From NCBI GenBank assembly GCA_964483985.1, contig CAZADS010000061.1, positions 8,073 through 72,072 of the forward strand: DNA of 64,000 nucleotides, written 5' to 3'. The stretch's first letter is position 1; every line of letters starts with the position of its first letter. The notes under the pieces were generated by a model, which was not told the origin of the DNA, ran no database searches, and saw only the letters and a program-made list of their open reading frames with translations. This document shows, one piece after another, positions 50,436 to 60,150 of the stretch. Position numbers and translations under genes: made by a program. This DNA is from an uncultured Thalassobaculaceae bacterium (lineage in GTDB: Bacteria > Pseudomonadota > Alphaproteobacteria > Thalassobaculales > Thalassobaculaceae).

Positions 50436-51632
50436 CTAAATCACACCCTCGCTTTTTAGTTCTGCTACTTTCTCGCCTCGAATTCCAATGTCCCTTAAAA
50501 TTTCCTCTGTATGCTGACCCAAATCAGGGGTTGCGCTATGCATTTTTTGGGGCGTTCTCATCAATTTAGCAGCCTGCCCCACGACTTTAAGAGCTCCAAG
50601 TCGATGATGATTGACTTCGGGAGCCATGTTAAGAGTTTGAACTTGCGGGTCCGCAAAAACTTGCGCCATGTCATGGATAGGCCCGCAAGGAACCCCCGCG
50701 TCAGCAAAAGCTTCCACCCAATGTTGAGTGGTTTGTGTTTTAGTATATGCCGCTATTTCCGAATTAATTTCGGTTCGTTTTTTGGTCCGAGCTTCGTTAG
50801 TTTTATAGTCTGGATTGTTATAAATCTCCATAGAACCGATTGTTTCACACATTCTTTTAAGAAGATGATCTGCCGACGCTTGTATATTGATTAACCCATC
50901 TGCAGTAGGGAACACTCCTGTAGGAGTGTTAGTGGGGTGATTATTACCCTCTTGTTTTGGAACTTCACCCGCCATCACGTAACGAGCTGCTTGGAGATCC
51001 ATCATCATAATTTGGGCCTCCAAAAGGGACGTATTTACCCATTGACCTTCTCCGGAAACTTCACGTTCCAACAAAGCAACCAAAACACCAAAAGCTAAAT
51101 TAATGCCGGCTGTGAGATCAGCCACAGGAATACCGACTCTCACAGGACCGTCACCAGGCATACCGGTAACCGACATTAAACCTCCTAACCCTTGGGCAAT
51201 CTGGTCAAGCCCTGCTCTCTTCGCATACGGTCCCGTTTGCCCAAACCCTGAAATGCTTCCATAGATTATTTTAGCGTTAACGGCGCGTACCGTTTCGTAA
51301 TCTATACCCAATCGATGTTTTACATCGGGTCTATAATTTTCCAGAACAACGTCCGCATCTCGCGCTAGCGCAAGGAAAATATCCCTGCCTTCTTTGTGTT
51401 TTAGATTTAAAGTTATTGACCTTTTGTTCCTATGTAAATTCTGAAAATCAAAACCGTCTCGCGGACCACCAAGTGGGGTCTCAGAAAGTGCAGGTGGTTG
51501 TTCTATTTTTATAGTGTCTGCTCCCCAGTCAGCGATCATTCGAGCCGCCGTAGGTCCGGCACGAGCGCGAGTTAAATCCAAAACACGAAATCGGGAAAGT
51601 GGACCATTATCGGCCGACATAGCATGCTCCAT
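50436..51632 (-). CDS. family III CoA-transferase (CaiB/BaiF type)
   Basis: RVLDLTRARAGPTAARMIADWGADTIKIEQP is the family signature N-terminus. Confidence 0.85.
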   Translation of the reverse strand: MEHAMSADNGPLSRFRVLDLTRARAGPTAARMIADWGADTIKIEQPPALSETPLGGPRDGFDFQNLHRNKRSITLNLKHKEGRDIFLALARDADVVLENYRPDVKHRLGIDYETVRAVNAKIIYGSISGFGQTGPYAKRAGLDQIAQGLGGLMSVTGMPGDGPVRVGIPVADLTAGINLAFGVLVALLEREVSGEGQWVNTSLLEAQIMMMDLQAARYVMAGEVPKQEGNNHPTNTPTGVFPTADGLINIQASADHLLKRMCETIGSMEIYNNPDYKTNEARTKKRTEINSEIAAYTKTQTTQHWVEAFADAGVPCGPIHDMAQVFADPQVQTLNMAPEVNHHRLGALKVVGQAAKLMRTPQKMHSATPDLGQHTEEILRDIGIRGEKVAELKSEGVI

Positions 51633-51993
51633 TTAATTTTAAATCAAAATTTGAAAATCATCTGGTTAATGGTTTCCGTTTATCATCCATTAATTCTTGC
51701 ACTTAGGTTCATAAGACTCAAATTTTTCGACGCTTCTCTTTAATCTTGGTCTGATTTAGATCCAAACCAACGGTATAGAATAATATGAATTTTCATAATT
51801 GTCTTTAATCGGAAAATGAAATCTCACTCCAATCGCCTTTTTATAAGTATATTTAGCAGCTCCTGTTGCGCAATCGGCAGCTCTTTGTCATGCTCAAGGA
51901 ATATGAAAGCGCGACATGTTGTCGCGTTATGTGTTATAGTAAGATTTTGCGGCATAGACCGCGGTAACTTTTTTAGTTTGAATAGGATACAAA

Positions 51994-52200
51994 ATGCCTA
52001 GTGGTAAAGTTAAATGGTTTAATCACGCCAAAGGATTTGGTTTCATACAGCCTGACGAAGGTGGTAACGATGTTTTTGTTCATATTACAGCATTACACAA
52101 ATCCGGAATCCAAAGTCTGGAAGAAAATGATGCTGTGACATACGACCTCGTAGATGGTCGTGATGGTCGATCGGCCGCCGATAATATCCACATGGCATGA
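51994..52200 (+). CDS. cspA: cold-shock protein (CspA family)
   Basis: GKVKWFNHAKGFGFIQPDEGGNDVFVH contains the RNP1 and RNP2 motifs. Confidence 0.95.
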   Translation: MPSGKVKWFNHAKGFGFIQPDEGGNDVFVHITALHKSGIQSLEENDAVTYDLVDGRDGRSAADNIHMA

Positions 52201-52333
52201 TTGTTCGACTACGATAGTGAAGTCAAGTCGCTTGGTGCCAGTGTCGCTACACCCGATTGAGATGACCGCGGCCGTTTAGTATCTCGGCAAGTTCCGTGTA
52301 CTAACTCTTTGGCACGTGCAGTTATTGTAAAAA

Positions 52334-53365
52334 TTAAACGCGAGATACGTTGGCGTCCTCAAAAGTTGCCATTCCATTGTGGCATTCTACGGCGGCTTTT
52401 AACAAACCTAAAGCTAATGTCGCACCTGATGCTTCACCCAAACGCATGCCAAGGTCCATAAGAGGTATTTTCCCAATCTTTTCTAAAAGCAATCCATGAC
52501 CTGGCTCAACTGAAAGATGCGAAACTAAACAATGATCCAGTGTACCGGGACGTAACGAATGTAAGATTGCCGAAGCGGCAGTGCACGCGAAACCATCTAA
52601 CACAACGGGTACTTTAGCTAAACGTGCAGCCAATATTGCTCCAGCGATAGCAGCCAGCTCAAATCCCCCCAATGCCGCAAGAACCTTAAGTGGGTCATCC
52701 AACAAATTTCTATGAAATTCAACTCCATCCGAAACTATGTTTGTCTTATTTGCCTTTTTTATATCATCAATACCACTACCGCAGCCGATCCACTGACCCG
52801 CTGTCCCACCATAAAGAGCTAAACAAATTGCTGCAGCTGAGGTTGTATTACCAATACCCATTTCTCCGAGGCAAATAATATCTAATCCAGACTCAATTGC
52901 CGTCATACCGTAAGCCATGGCACGCAAACATTCCTCGTCACTCATTGCAACTGATTTAGTGAAATCCGCAGTAGGTTGGTCTAAAGCTAGCTCATAAACT
53001 CGCAAATCTGCATCAAATAACTTACAAAGTTGGTTGATTGCTGCACCACCTTCAATGAAATTTTGGACCATTTGCTGGGTAACTTCGGGTGGAAAAGCAG
53101 AAACTCCTCGCAAAGCCACTCCGTGGTTCCCCGCAAACACCGCCGCTCGTGGATGCACTAACCTCAGCGATTGTTATCCCTGCCACGACGCTAGCCACCG
53201 TGTCAATTCTTCTAATCTACCCAAAGCCCCTGGTGGTTTGGTCAACTGACCTTCACGACGAATCACAGAATCAAGTGCCTTATGATCAGGCCCAGGTAAT
53301 TCATCTATCAAGGCACGTATTTCCTCAAATGAACTTATTTTATCTTTGGGTAGATTAACAACCAT
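52334..53365 (-). pseudogene. cobT: nicotinate-nucleotide--dimethylbenzimidazole phosphoribosyltransferase interrupted by an in-frame TAA
   Basis: The N-terminal piece (LTKPPGALGRLEELTRWLASWQG) and the C-terminal piece (AVFAGNHGV...GEMGIGNTT...) are in the same frame. They are separated only by a TAA at 53174-53176 plus 5 sense codons. Confidence 0.8.
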
Positions 53366-53467
53366 GATTACAATGTGGAAATCGACTTTTCGGATAGAAT
53401 TCAATTTGGTAATTAAAAAACAGTCTATACGTTGATTGACTTAATAAGCAAATACGGATCCCGTTTT

Positions 53468-54256
53468 ATGAATGCGCCGAATCCTACACTTTTCTGCCTA
53501 CAATATTATACCGACTTAATTTCTGCCATCCGATTTTTAACTCGTTTACCCTTTCCCATGACAACACCGCCGAAAAGAACGATTATGCTCGCTTCTTGGA
53601 GCTTTCCCATAGTTGGGGTCATTGTAGGAAGCTTTGGTGCTTTTTCTATATTGCTAGCACACCTTGTTAACATCCCGACTGTCGCAATAGCCCTTATCGC
53701 TCTTTTGTTTATGGCCTTTCTGACAGGCGCTTTACATGAGGACGGCATGGCAGATATAGCGGATGGTTTTGGCGGCGGAAAAAATAGAGATAACAAACTA
53801 AGCATCATGAGGGATAGCCAGATTGGCACCTTCGGGGCACTAACACTATTTGCCATCCTAGGGTTAAAAACTATCGCAATTTCAGCGCTTCTAGAGTCCG
53901 AATCCATATGGATGGCTAGCGCGGCAATAATCGCCACTCACGCTACGGCCAGAGCATCTATGGTTCCTGTCGCATATTTTCTGCCATTAGCATCCGAGAG
54001 CGGTCTTGCCCAATCTGCTGGAAAACCTCATCAATCCACCGTCCTCATTTCAATTAGCATTGCAGTATTAATTTCACTTGTATTGCTTCCCATTTTGAGC
54101 GCAATTACCGCTACAATTGTATCCATCGCCACCACGGCTATTATTGCAATTTTAGCTTTTAGACAAATCGGTGGTTACACAGGTGACGTTCTAGGTGCCG
54201 TGGAACAAAGTTGCGAAACCACAATGCTGATTACATTAACAGCCGTAATTGCTTAG
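53468..54256 (+). CDS. cobS: adenosylcobinamide-GDP ribazoletransferase (cobalamin synthase)
   Basis: FLTRLPFP near the N-terminus, HEDGMADIADGFGG, and GGYTGDVLGA. The start could be the TTG at 53432 or the ATG at 53468. Confidence 0.85.
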   Translation: MNAPNPTLFCLQYYTDLISAIRFLTRLPFPMTTPPKRTIMLASWSFPIVGVIVGSFGAFSILLAHLVNIPTVAIALIALLFMAFLTGALHEDGMADIADGFGGGKNRDNKLSIMRDSQIGTFGALTLFAILGLKTIAISALLESESIWMASAAIIATHATARASMVPVAYFLPLASESGLAQSAGKPHQSTVLISISIAVLISLVLLPILSAITATIVSIATTAIIAILAFRQIGGYTGDVLGAVEQSCETTMLITLTAVIA

Positions 54257-54269
54257 CTAAAGGATCAAA

Positions 54270-54890
54270 ATGCGCGAAACCCGATGGCATTTTATTAGAC
54301 ACGCCCCAGTTGATAATCCTGACGGCCGTGTTTATGGGGCCTCCGATCAACCCGCAAACACCTCCGACACAGCTACATTTGAAATTTTAGCCAATCACTT
54401 ACCAAACAATGCGATAGCCGTTGTGAGCCATTTAAAAAGAACCCTTCAAACTATGGAAGCCCTCCAAAATGCTGGATTAGATGTAAAAGGTCCTATAATC
54501 GATCGACGGTTAAGTGAACAAGATTTTGGGGACTGGGTAGGCCTCACTTATGAAGAAATTAATGTCCAGTATAGAGAAACATATCGTCGTTTCTGGCTAT
54601 CACCAGTAACCGAACGAGCCCCTGGGGGAGAAAGTTTTCTAGACGTCGTACTCAGAGTACAAAAGAGTTTGGAAGAATTAAGTAAAAGATTTATGGATCG
54701 AGACATAATCTGCATTGCTCACGGAGGATCAATCCGAGCCGCTCTTTCACTAGCTCTAGACGTGGACCCTAGTAAAGTTTTTCCATTTAGTACATGCAAC
54801 CTTTCTACAACATTAATCGATCGTCTGCATCCAGAACCCAATTTCAGCGGCGGCTGGCGTATTCGCGGAACCAACATCCCTCCCATTTAG
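54270..54890 (+). CDS. cobC: histidine phosphatase family protein (alpha-ribazole phosphatase-like)
   Basis: An FIRHAPV (RHG-type) motif, a later AHGGSIRA motif, and a position directly after cobS. Confidence 0.7.
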   Translation: MRETRWHFIRHAPVDNPDGRVYGASDQPANTSDTATFEILANHLPNNAIAVVSHLKRTLQTMEALQNAGLDVKGPIIDRRLSEQDFGDWVGLTYEEINVQYRETYRRFWLSPVTERAPGGESFLDVVLRVQKSLEELSKRFMDRDIICIAHGGSIRAALSLALDVDPSKVFPFSTCNLSTTLIDRLHPEPNFSGGWRIRGTNIPPI

Positions 54891-54957
54891 GTTTAATAAT
54901 CAAAATAAAGGGATGCAGTATAGATGTGGGACTAAAAGAACATAGGACTCTTATTGG

Positions 54958-55554
54958 ATGTCGAACCGGCTGTTTATTATTATTTTTACTTTACTTTTTA
55001 TCGCGTTGGTTGTCGGTCTTACTTACAATATGTGGTATGTTAAGAATGCTGGCCTCAACGGTACTGGACCGACAGTTCAGTTAGGTGGTCCCTTTGAATT
55101 AATAGACCAAAACGGTCGGAAAGTAAGGGATACAGATTTTGACGATAAAATTAAAATAATATATTTTGGATATACTTATTGCCCCGACATTTGTCCAACG
55201 GGCCTCGCTACCATTAGCGAAGCACTGAATCAATTAGGCTCAGGTGCAACAGAAGTGAAACCAATTTTTATCACTTTAGACCCAAAACGCGACAGTGTCG
55301 AAGTAATGGCAGACTACCACCAGCATTTTCACAAAAGTTTTAGCTATCTAACTGGAACTGAAAAACAAATAAATAGCGTTGCAAAATTGTATCGAATTTA
55401 TCATCAAAAAAGAGAAGCTGGGGATTCTTTAAACTATCTAATAGATCATTCCACCATTAGTTATGTTATGTCTAAAAGTGGCCAGTACCAAGCACACTTC
55501 GATCAAAATGCCTCACCTGAATTTATCGTTAACATCTTGAAAAAAATGATATGA
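54958..55554 (+). CDS. SCO1/SenC family copper chaperone
   Basis: An N-terminal TM segment, FGYTYCPDICP (CxxxCP), and a later DHS motif. Confidence 0.85.
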   Translation: MSNRLFIIIFTLLFIALVVGLTYNMWYVKNAGLNGTGPTVQLGGPFELIDQNGRKVRDTDFDDKIKIIYFGYTYCPDICPTGLATISEALNQLGSGATEVKPIFITLDPKRDSVEVMADYHQHFHKSFSYLTGTEKQINSVAKLYRIYHQKREAGDSLNYLIDHSTISYVMSKSGQYQAHFDQNASPEFIVNILKKMI

Positions 55555-55619
55555 AATCTTTTATAGTAGAACGGAAAGTTACTCCGCAATGATAAATTAA
55601 GCCACAAATAGCAAATATT

Positions 55620-55889
55620 ATGAAAACCACTTCTACGTTATCCGGTCGGATAATGCGATTGCCAATGTTTGACGGCACCCTTCCTGATAAAGGCCCTATT
55701 CATTTGGTATCAGATGAGGGAGATGAATATCTTCTAATTAGCGAAACGTCCGATACCCCAGGCCCTGTCGAACATCTCGCGGCGGCCTCTTCAATGGATT
55801 TTGAACCATATATCAATCAGGACATGGTCGTGAAAGGCGATGTGCTTGGTACTGTAATCTGGGCAGCCACTATTTTTGAATCCAAATAA
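55620..55889 (+). CDS. hypothetical small protein
   Basis: An 89-aa ORF in an otherwise empty gap. No family was recognised. The coding call rests only on ORF length and position. Confidence 0.4.
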   Translation: MKTTSTLSGRIMRLPMFDGTLPDKGPIHLVSDEGDEYLLISETSDTPGPVEHLAAASSMDFEPYINQDMVVKGDVLGTVIWAATIFESK

Positions 55890-55981
55890 TTTGATGATTG
55901 CAAACGTGTTAAAGTGCATCATTTTATATTCGATTACCAACACCCAAATTCAAAATCTTAGATTCAATATTCAGGTATCGC

Positions 55982-57136
55982 CTAACGGTCTAATGCAATC
56001 CTCCCAACGAGTTCTCTCGCAATTACCAATTGCTGTACTTGTGCAGTACCATCTCCTATCTGAAAACCCAAAACATCCCGCAGTCTTTGCTGATGTGGCA
56101 TGTCTAGACTATAGCCGGAATGACCAAACGTTAAAAGGCATTGGTGAATTGCATCGAAAGCGACTTTCGGTGCCCACCATTTGACCATAGCAGCCTCTTT
56201 GGTATGAGAGTTATTATTATCTCTCAACCACAATGTTTTGTAACAAAGCAATCTAGCCGCTTCTACCAATGTTTCGGCCTCGGCCAACGGAAAAGTCACT
56301 CCTTGGTATGAGGCAATAGGTTTTCCAAACGTTTGTCTTTCTTTAGTGAAGTCCCAACACTCCGACAAAGACGCGCTGGCTGCGGCAAGAACTTGAAGGC
56401 CTATCAAAGCTCTGGAATAGTCAAAACCACCCATTACTTGCCGAAATCCAGCTCCTTCCTCACCAACACGCCTTCCATCCTCAACCTTAACATCATCAAA
56501 AAAAATTGATCCCCTGCCAACAATACGAGAACCCAAATCATTAAACGACGAACGCTTGATTCCCTGCGATTCTCCTGACACAAGAAACGCCGTAATTCCA
56601 CGAGCCCCACTATCCTGATTACCAGTTCGTGCCATAACTAAAATTTCGTCTGCCTGCGTCGCCAGTGAAATTGACGTTTTTTCTCCACTGAGTATATATC
56701 CATCATTTGTTCTCGTAGCTTTCAAACGCAGATTTGCCGCATCCGACCCGCTGCCAGGCTCCGTTAACGCTAATGCAAGAAGCGTATTTCCATTACAAGC
56801 GCTAGCAACAACGCTCTTAGCCAGATCGCTTTTCGCATGTTTAGCCAAAATCGTTCCAACTAAGCCAGTCAAAAGCGGCACATAGCCAACATTTATATCG
56901 GCAAAACTAATCGCTTCAATAACCAGCCCAGCCGTCACACTATCCACTCCTAACCCTCCAAAGGTTTCTGGAATTTCTGGCGCAATAAGACCAATTTTCC
57001 CCATTTCTCTAATGACCTCGCGGTCTATTGAATCGACTCCTTCCCTATCTGTGTATCCAGCTGACAGTTGCTCAGTTGCAAAGCGTTCAGCTGTTTCCCG
57101 AATAGCGAGCTGATCAGGAGAAAAAGAAAAATCCAT
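55982..57136 (-). CDS. acyl-CoA dehydrogenase
   Basis: A typical ACAD layout (MDFSFSPDQ..., LTEPGSGSD, C-terminal IGDGTAQVQ..IAREL). Confidence 0.9.
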   Translation of the reverse strand: MDFSFSPDQLAIRETAERFATEQLSAGYTDREGVDSIDREVIREMGKIGLIAPEIPETFGGLGVDSVTAGLVIEAISFADINVGYVPLLTGLVGTILAKHAKSDLAKSVVASACNGNTLLALALTEPGSGSDAANLRLKATRTNDGYILSGEKTSISLATQADEILVMARTGNQDSGARGITAFLVSGESQGIKRSSFNDLGSRIVGRGSIFFDDVKVEDGRRVGEEGAGFRQVMGGFDYSRALIGLQVLAAASASLSECWDFTKERQTFGKPIASYQGVTFPLAEAETLVEAARLLCYKTLWLRDNNNSHTKEAAMVKWWAPKVAFDAIHQCLLTFGHSGYSLDMPHQQRLRDVLGFQIGDGTAQVQQLVIARELVGRIALDR

Positions 57137-57210
57137 TACTTACTCCTCTATTGCATCTAATCATGACTAATTTTATTCTCTGACTTATATCTACAACACA
57201 TTATTTGAAC

Positions 57211-59913
57211 CTAATTTTTCATCGTGTCCTTAAGCTCATAAAGCAACTCCAATGCAGATAGCGGAGTAAGAGTATCGGGATTAATTTCATTCAAGCGAAC
57301 GACAACAGGATTTTCGGGTTGCCTGTTAGATTTGGTTTGTGACTCTGCAGATTGAAAGAGAGGCAAATCATCCGCTAAATTTTCCAATTTACCCGCTTTT
57401 TCTCCGTTTTCCAATTGTTCCAACACCACTCGAGCGCGATCTAGAACTGAAGAGGGGATACCAGCCAGTTTTGCAACGTGTAACCCATACGAACGATCTG
57501 CAGTACCAATCCCGATTTGATGAAGAAAAACGATATCATCTTTCCATTCCTTAACCCGCATGGTTCGACACGCCATCGAAGAGAGTTTAGAGTTCAAAAC
57601 CGTCAATTCGTGATAATGGGTAGCAAACAAAGTGCGGCACAGGTTCGCATCATGCAACTGTTCAATGGTAGCCCAAGCCAAGGAAAGGCCATCAAACGTT
57701 GCCGTTCCACGACCTAATTCGTCCAGTATCACTAGTGATTTTTCAGTTGCATAATTTAGAATTGCGGCGGTTTCAACCATCTCTACCATAAATGTTGATT
57801 GCCCTCGAGCCAGATCGTCAGAGGCACCTACTCTGCTGAAAATTCGATCAATAATTCCAATTTTAGCCATTGAAGCTGGTACATAGGAGCCAGCTTGAGC
57901 CAAAATTGCAATCAATGCATTCTGTCTAAGAAATGTACTTTTTCCGGCCATATTAGGTCCGGTAATAAGCCACAGCCGTTGTTCTCCACTTAAATCGCAA
58001 TCGTTGGCAATAAACTGGGCTGTATCATTATGACCGATCTCCACCACTGGGTGTCTACCCTCTCTAATCAAGAAGTCTGCGCTTTCATCAATTTCAGGCC
58101 GAACATAACGCCGGTTCGATGCAAGTTCGGCCAGACCTGAAGCTACGTCCAGGCGAGCAATCGCTGCTGCTGCTTTGTATATGTTAGTCACCCAGCCAAT
58201 TATTTCTTTTGAAAGTTCTGCAAAAAGTTGTTGCTCGATTGCAAGTGCTTTATTAGCTGCTTGGTTCACATCCCGCTCAAGCTCACTCAACTCCACCGTG
58301 GTATATCGAGTTGCGTTAGTCATTGTTTGACGATGGATAAATACTGAATGATTTTCCAATTTTCCAGCATGCAAAGCGGTAACTTCGACAAAAAAACCCA
58401 ATACGTTATTATGTTTTATTTTCAACGAAGCGATGCCCGATTCATCGACATATCGAACCTGAAGTTCTGCAATTAAACGGCGACTTCCATCTCGTAATTC
58501 GCACAACCGATCGAGTTCCTCATTAAAACCAGAATTAATGAAACCGCCATCTCTTGAAAATAAAGGTGGATCCGCTTTTAGCGCGCGATTTAATAGGTCA
58601 ATCAATTTCGTATGAGAGCCTAGATTTTCCGATAAGGACCTAATTCCTGAAACAAGATTTTTATCTCCCAGCTTGTCTAGGCTATCACGTAACGTTACCG
58701 CCCGGCTTAACCCGTCACGTATTGCTAACAGATCTCTCGGCCCACCTCGCTCAACAGAAAGTCTGGAAATGGCTCTTTCAAGGTCTGGCATTCCTTTTAA
58801 TGTCTTTCGAACATCTAACCTTAACGACCCTGATTCCACGAAATAGGTGACTTGATCGAGCCTATATTTAATAGTACCGGAATCCGCAGAAGGTGCAGAA
58901 ATCCTGTTCGCTAGCAGCCTCGCGCCCGATCCCGTTACCGTCAGATCAATTGCGCTAAGAAGACTACCATGTTTTTCTCCCGAGAACGTTCGAACTAATT
59001 CAAGGTTCTTTCTAGTAGCAGCATCAATCTCCAAAATTCCTCCTGGACGCCATTGTCGAGGCGGAGATAAATTTGGGACCCTTCCTTTTTGGGTTAATTC
59101 AAGATAATCAACGAGAGCACCAGCGGACGCGAGTTCAGAACGAGAAAAATCTCCAAATCCATCTAAAGTCTCTAGAGAAAATAATTTCCTCAGACGCCGG
59201 AGTCCATTTGAACTATCAAAACTTACCGATGCCAGAGGAACTAAAATTGACTGCCAAGCATTCATTTTACTCTTCAAATGTGAATTTAAACTTTCATTGC
59301 TTAATAAAATGTCTGGGATCAGAATTTCTTTTGGTCCGATACGGGACAAAATTGTTTCTACATTTTCGGGATTGATAGCCTGAGTTTGAAAATCGCCAGT
59401 CGACACATCCACCCAGGCTATTCCGATTTCGTAACCTGCTTGGGAAATACTAGCCAGATAATTATTGCTTCGCGATTCTAGCAAAGCATCTTCTATAATG
59501 GTACCGGGAGTTATTATGCGCGTAACCGCACGCTTAACTACCGACTTACTGCCACGTTTTTTCGCTTCAATCGGGTCCTCCATTTGATCGCAAATGGCAA
59601 TTCTAAAGCCCTTCCGAATAAGCCTGCCCAAATAATTATTAGCAGCATGAAATGGAACTCCGCACATAGGTATATCATGTCCCTTGTGGCGGCCCCTCTT
59701 AGTTAAAGTGATATCGAGTGCACCTGAAGCTAAAATTGCGTCATCAAAAAACAGTTCATAAAAATCACCCATTCTAAAAAAAAGAAGCGAACCTTTATGT
59801 GCTTTTTTGATTTCAAAATATTGAGCAAGCATAGGCGTAAGACCGGAAATATCTCCTGTAATTCCGGTTTCTTTTTTCACCTCATTTAAATTTGAGTTGA
59901 TTGAAACTGTCAC
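57211..59913 (-). CDS. mutS: DNA mismatch repair protein MutS
   Basis: TPMLAQYFEIK..LLFFRMGDFYELF mismatch-binding motif, Walker A GPNMAGKST, and DELGRGT. Confidence 0.97.
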   Translation of the reverse strand: MTVSINSNLNEVKKETGITGDISGLTPMLAQYFEIKKAHKGSLLFFRMGDFYELFFDDAILASGALDITLTKRGRHKGHDIPMCGVPFHAANNYLGRLIRKGFRIAICDQMEDPIEAKKRGSKSVVKRAVTRIITPGTIIEDALLESRSNNYLASISQAGYEIGIAWVDVSTGDFQTQAINPENVETILSRIGPKEILIPDILLSNESLNSHLKSKMNAWQSILVPLASVSFDSSNGLRRLRKLFSLETLDGFGDFSRSELASAGALVDYLELTQKGRVPNLSPPRQWRPGGILEIDAATRKNLELVRTFSGEKHGSLLSAIDLTVTGSGARLLANRISAPSADSGTIKYRLDQVTYFVESGSLRLDVRKTLKGMPDLERAISRLSVERGGPRDLLAIRDGLSRAVTLRDSLDKLGDKNLVSGIRSLSENLGSHTKLIDLLNRALKADPPLFSRDGGFINSGFNEELDRLCELRDGSRRLIAELQVRYVDESGIASLKIKHNNVLGFFVEVTALHAGKLENHSVFIHRQTMTNATRYTTVELSELERDVNQAANKALAIEQQLFAELSKEIIGWVTNIYKAAAAIARLDVASGLAELASNRRYVRPEIDESADFLIREGRHPVVEIGHNDTAQFIANDCDLSGEQRLWLITGPNMAGKSTFLRQNALIAILAQAGSYVPASMAKIGIIDRIFSRVGASDDLARGQSTFMVEMVETAAILNYATEKSLVILDELGRGTATFDGLSLAWATIEQLHDANLCRTLFATHYHELTVLNSKLSSMACRTMRVKEWKDDIVFLHQIGIGTADRSYGLHVAKLAGIPSSVLDRARVVLEQLENGEKAGKLENLADDLPLFQSAESQTKSNRQPENPVVVRLNEINPDTLTPLSALELLYELKDTMKN

Positions 59914-59944
59914 GAAAGAACAAATATCCTTTGTTGATCTATTT

Positions 59945-60025
59945 ATTCAAAACACATTTATCGTTATGATTTCGATATGAACACAATTTTAGTTTTATTA
60001 TACTATAAAAATTCAAAACACATTT
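59945..60025. repeat. two perfect copies of a 15-mer (attcaaaacacattt) in the mutS-maeB divergent intergenic region
   Basis: The copies at 59945-59959 and 60011-60025 were read directly from the sequence. Both are in the same orientation, with starts 66 bp apart. Confidence 0.6.
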
Positions 60026-60150
60026 CTGTCTATTCAACTAAACAATTAAAACCTTTTTTATCTTAACAATCCTAGTTCCTCTGTCGAGAGCTTACGGTTA
60101 GCATAAACAAATAATAACCAAGCAATCTGATCTAGCTAGAACCAAAAGGC

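Noticed and set aside
53366-53467. A cobalamin riboswitch near the cobT/cobS divergent start region.
   Set aside because: The non-coding interval is too short for a B12 element, and I saw no B12-box-like sequence there or upstream of cobC or SCO1.
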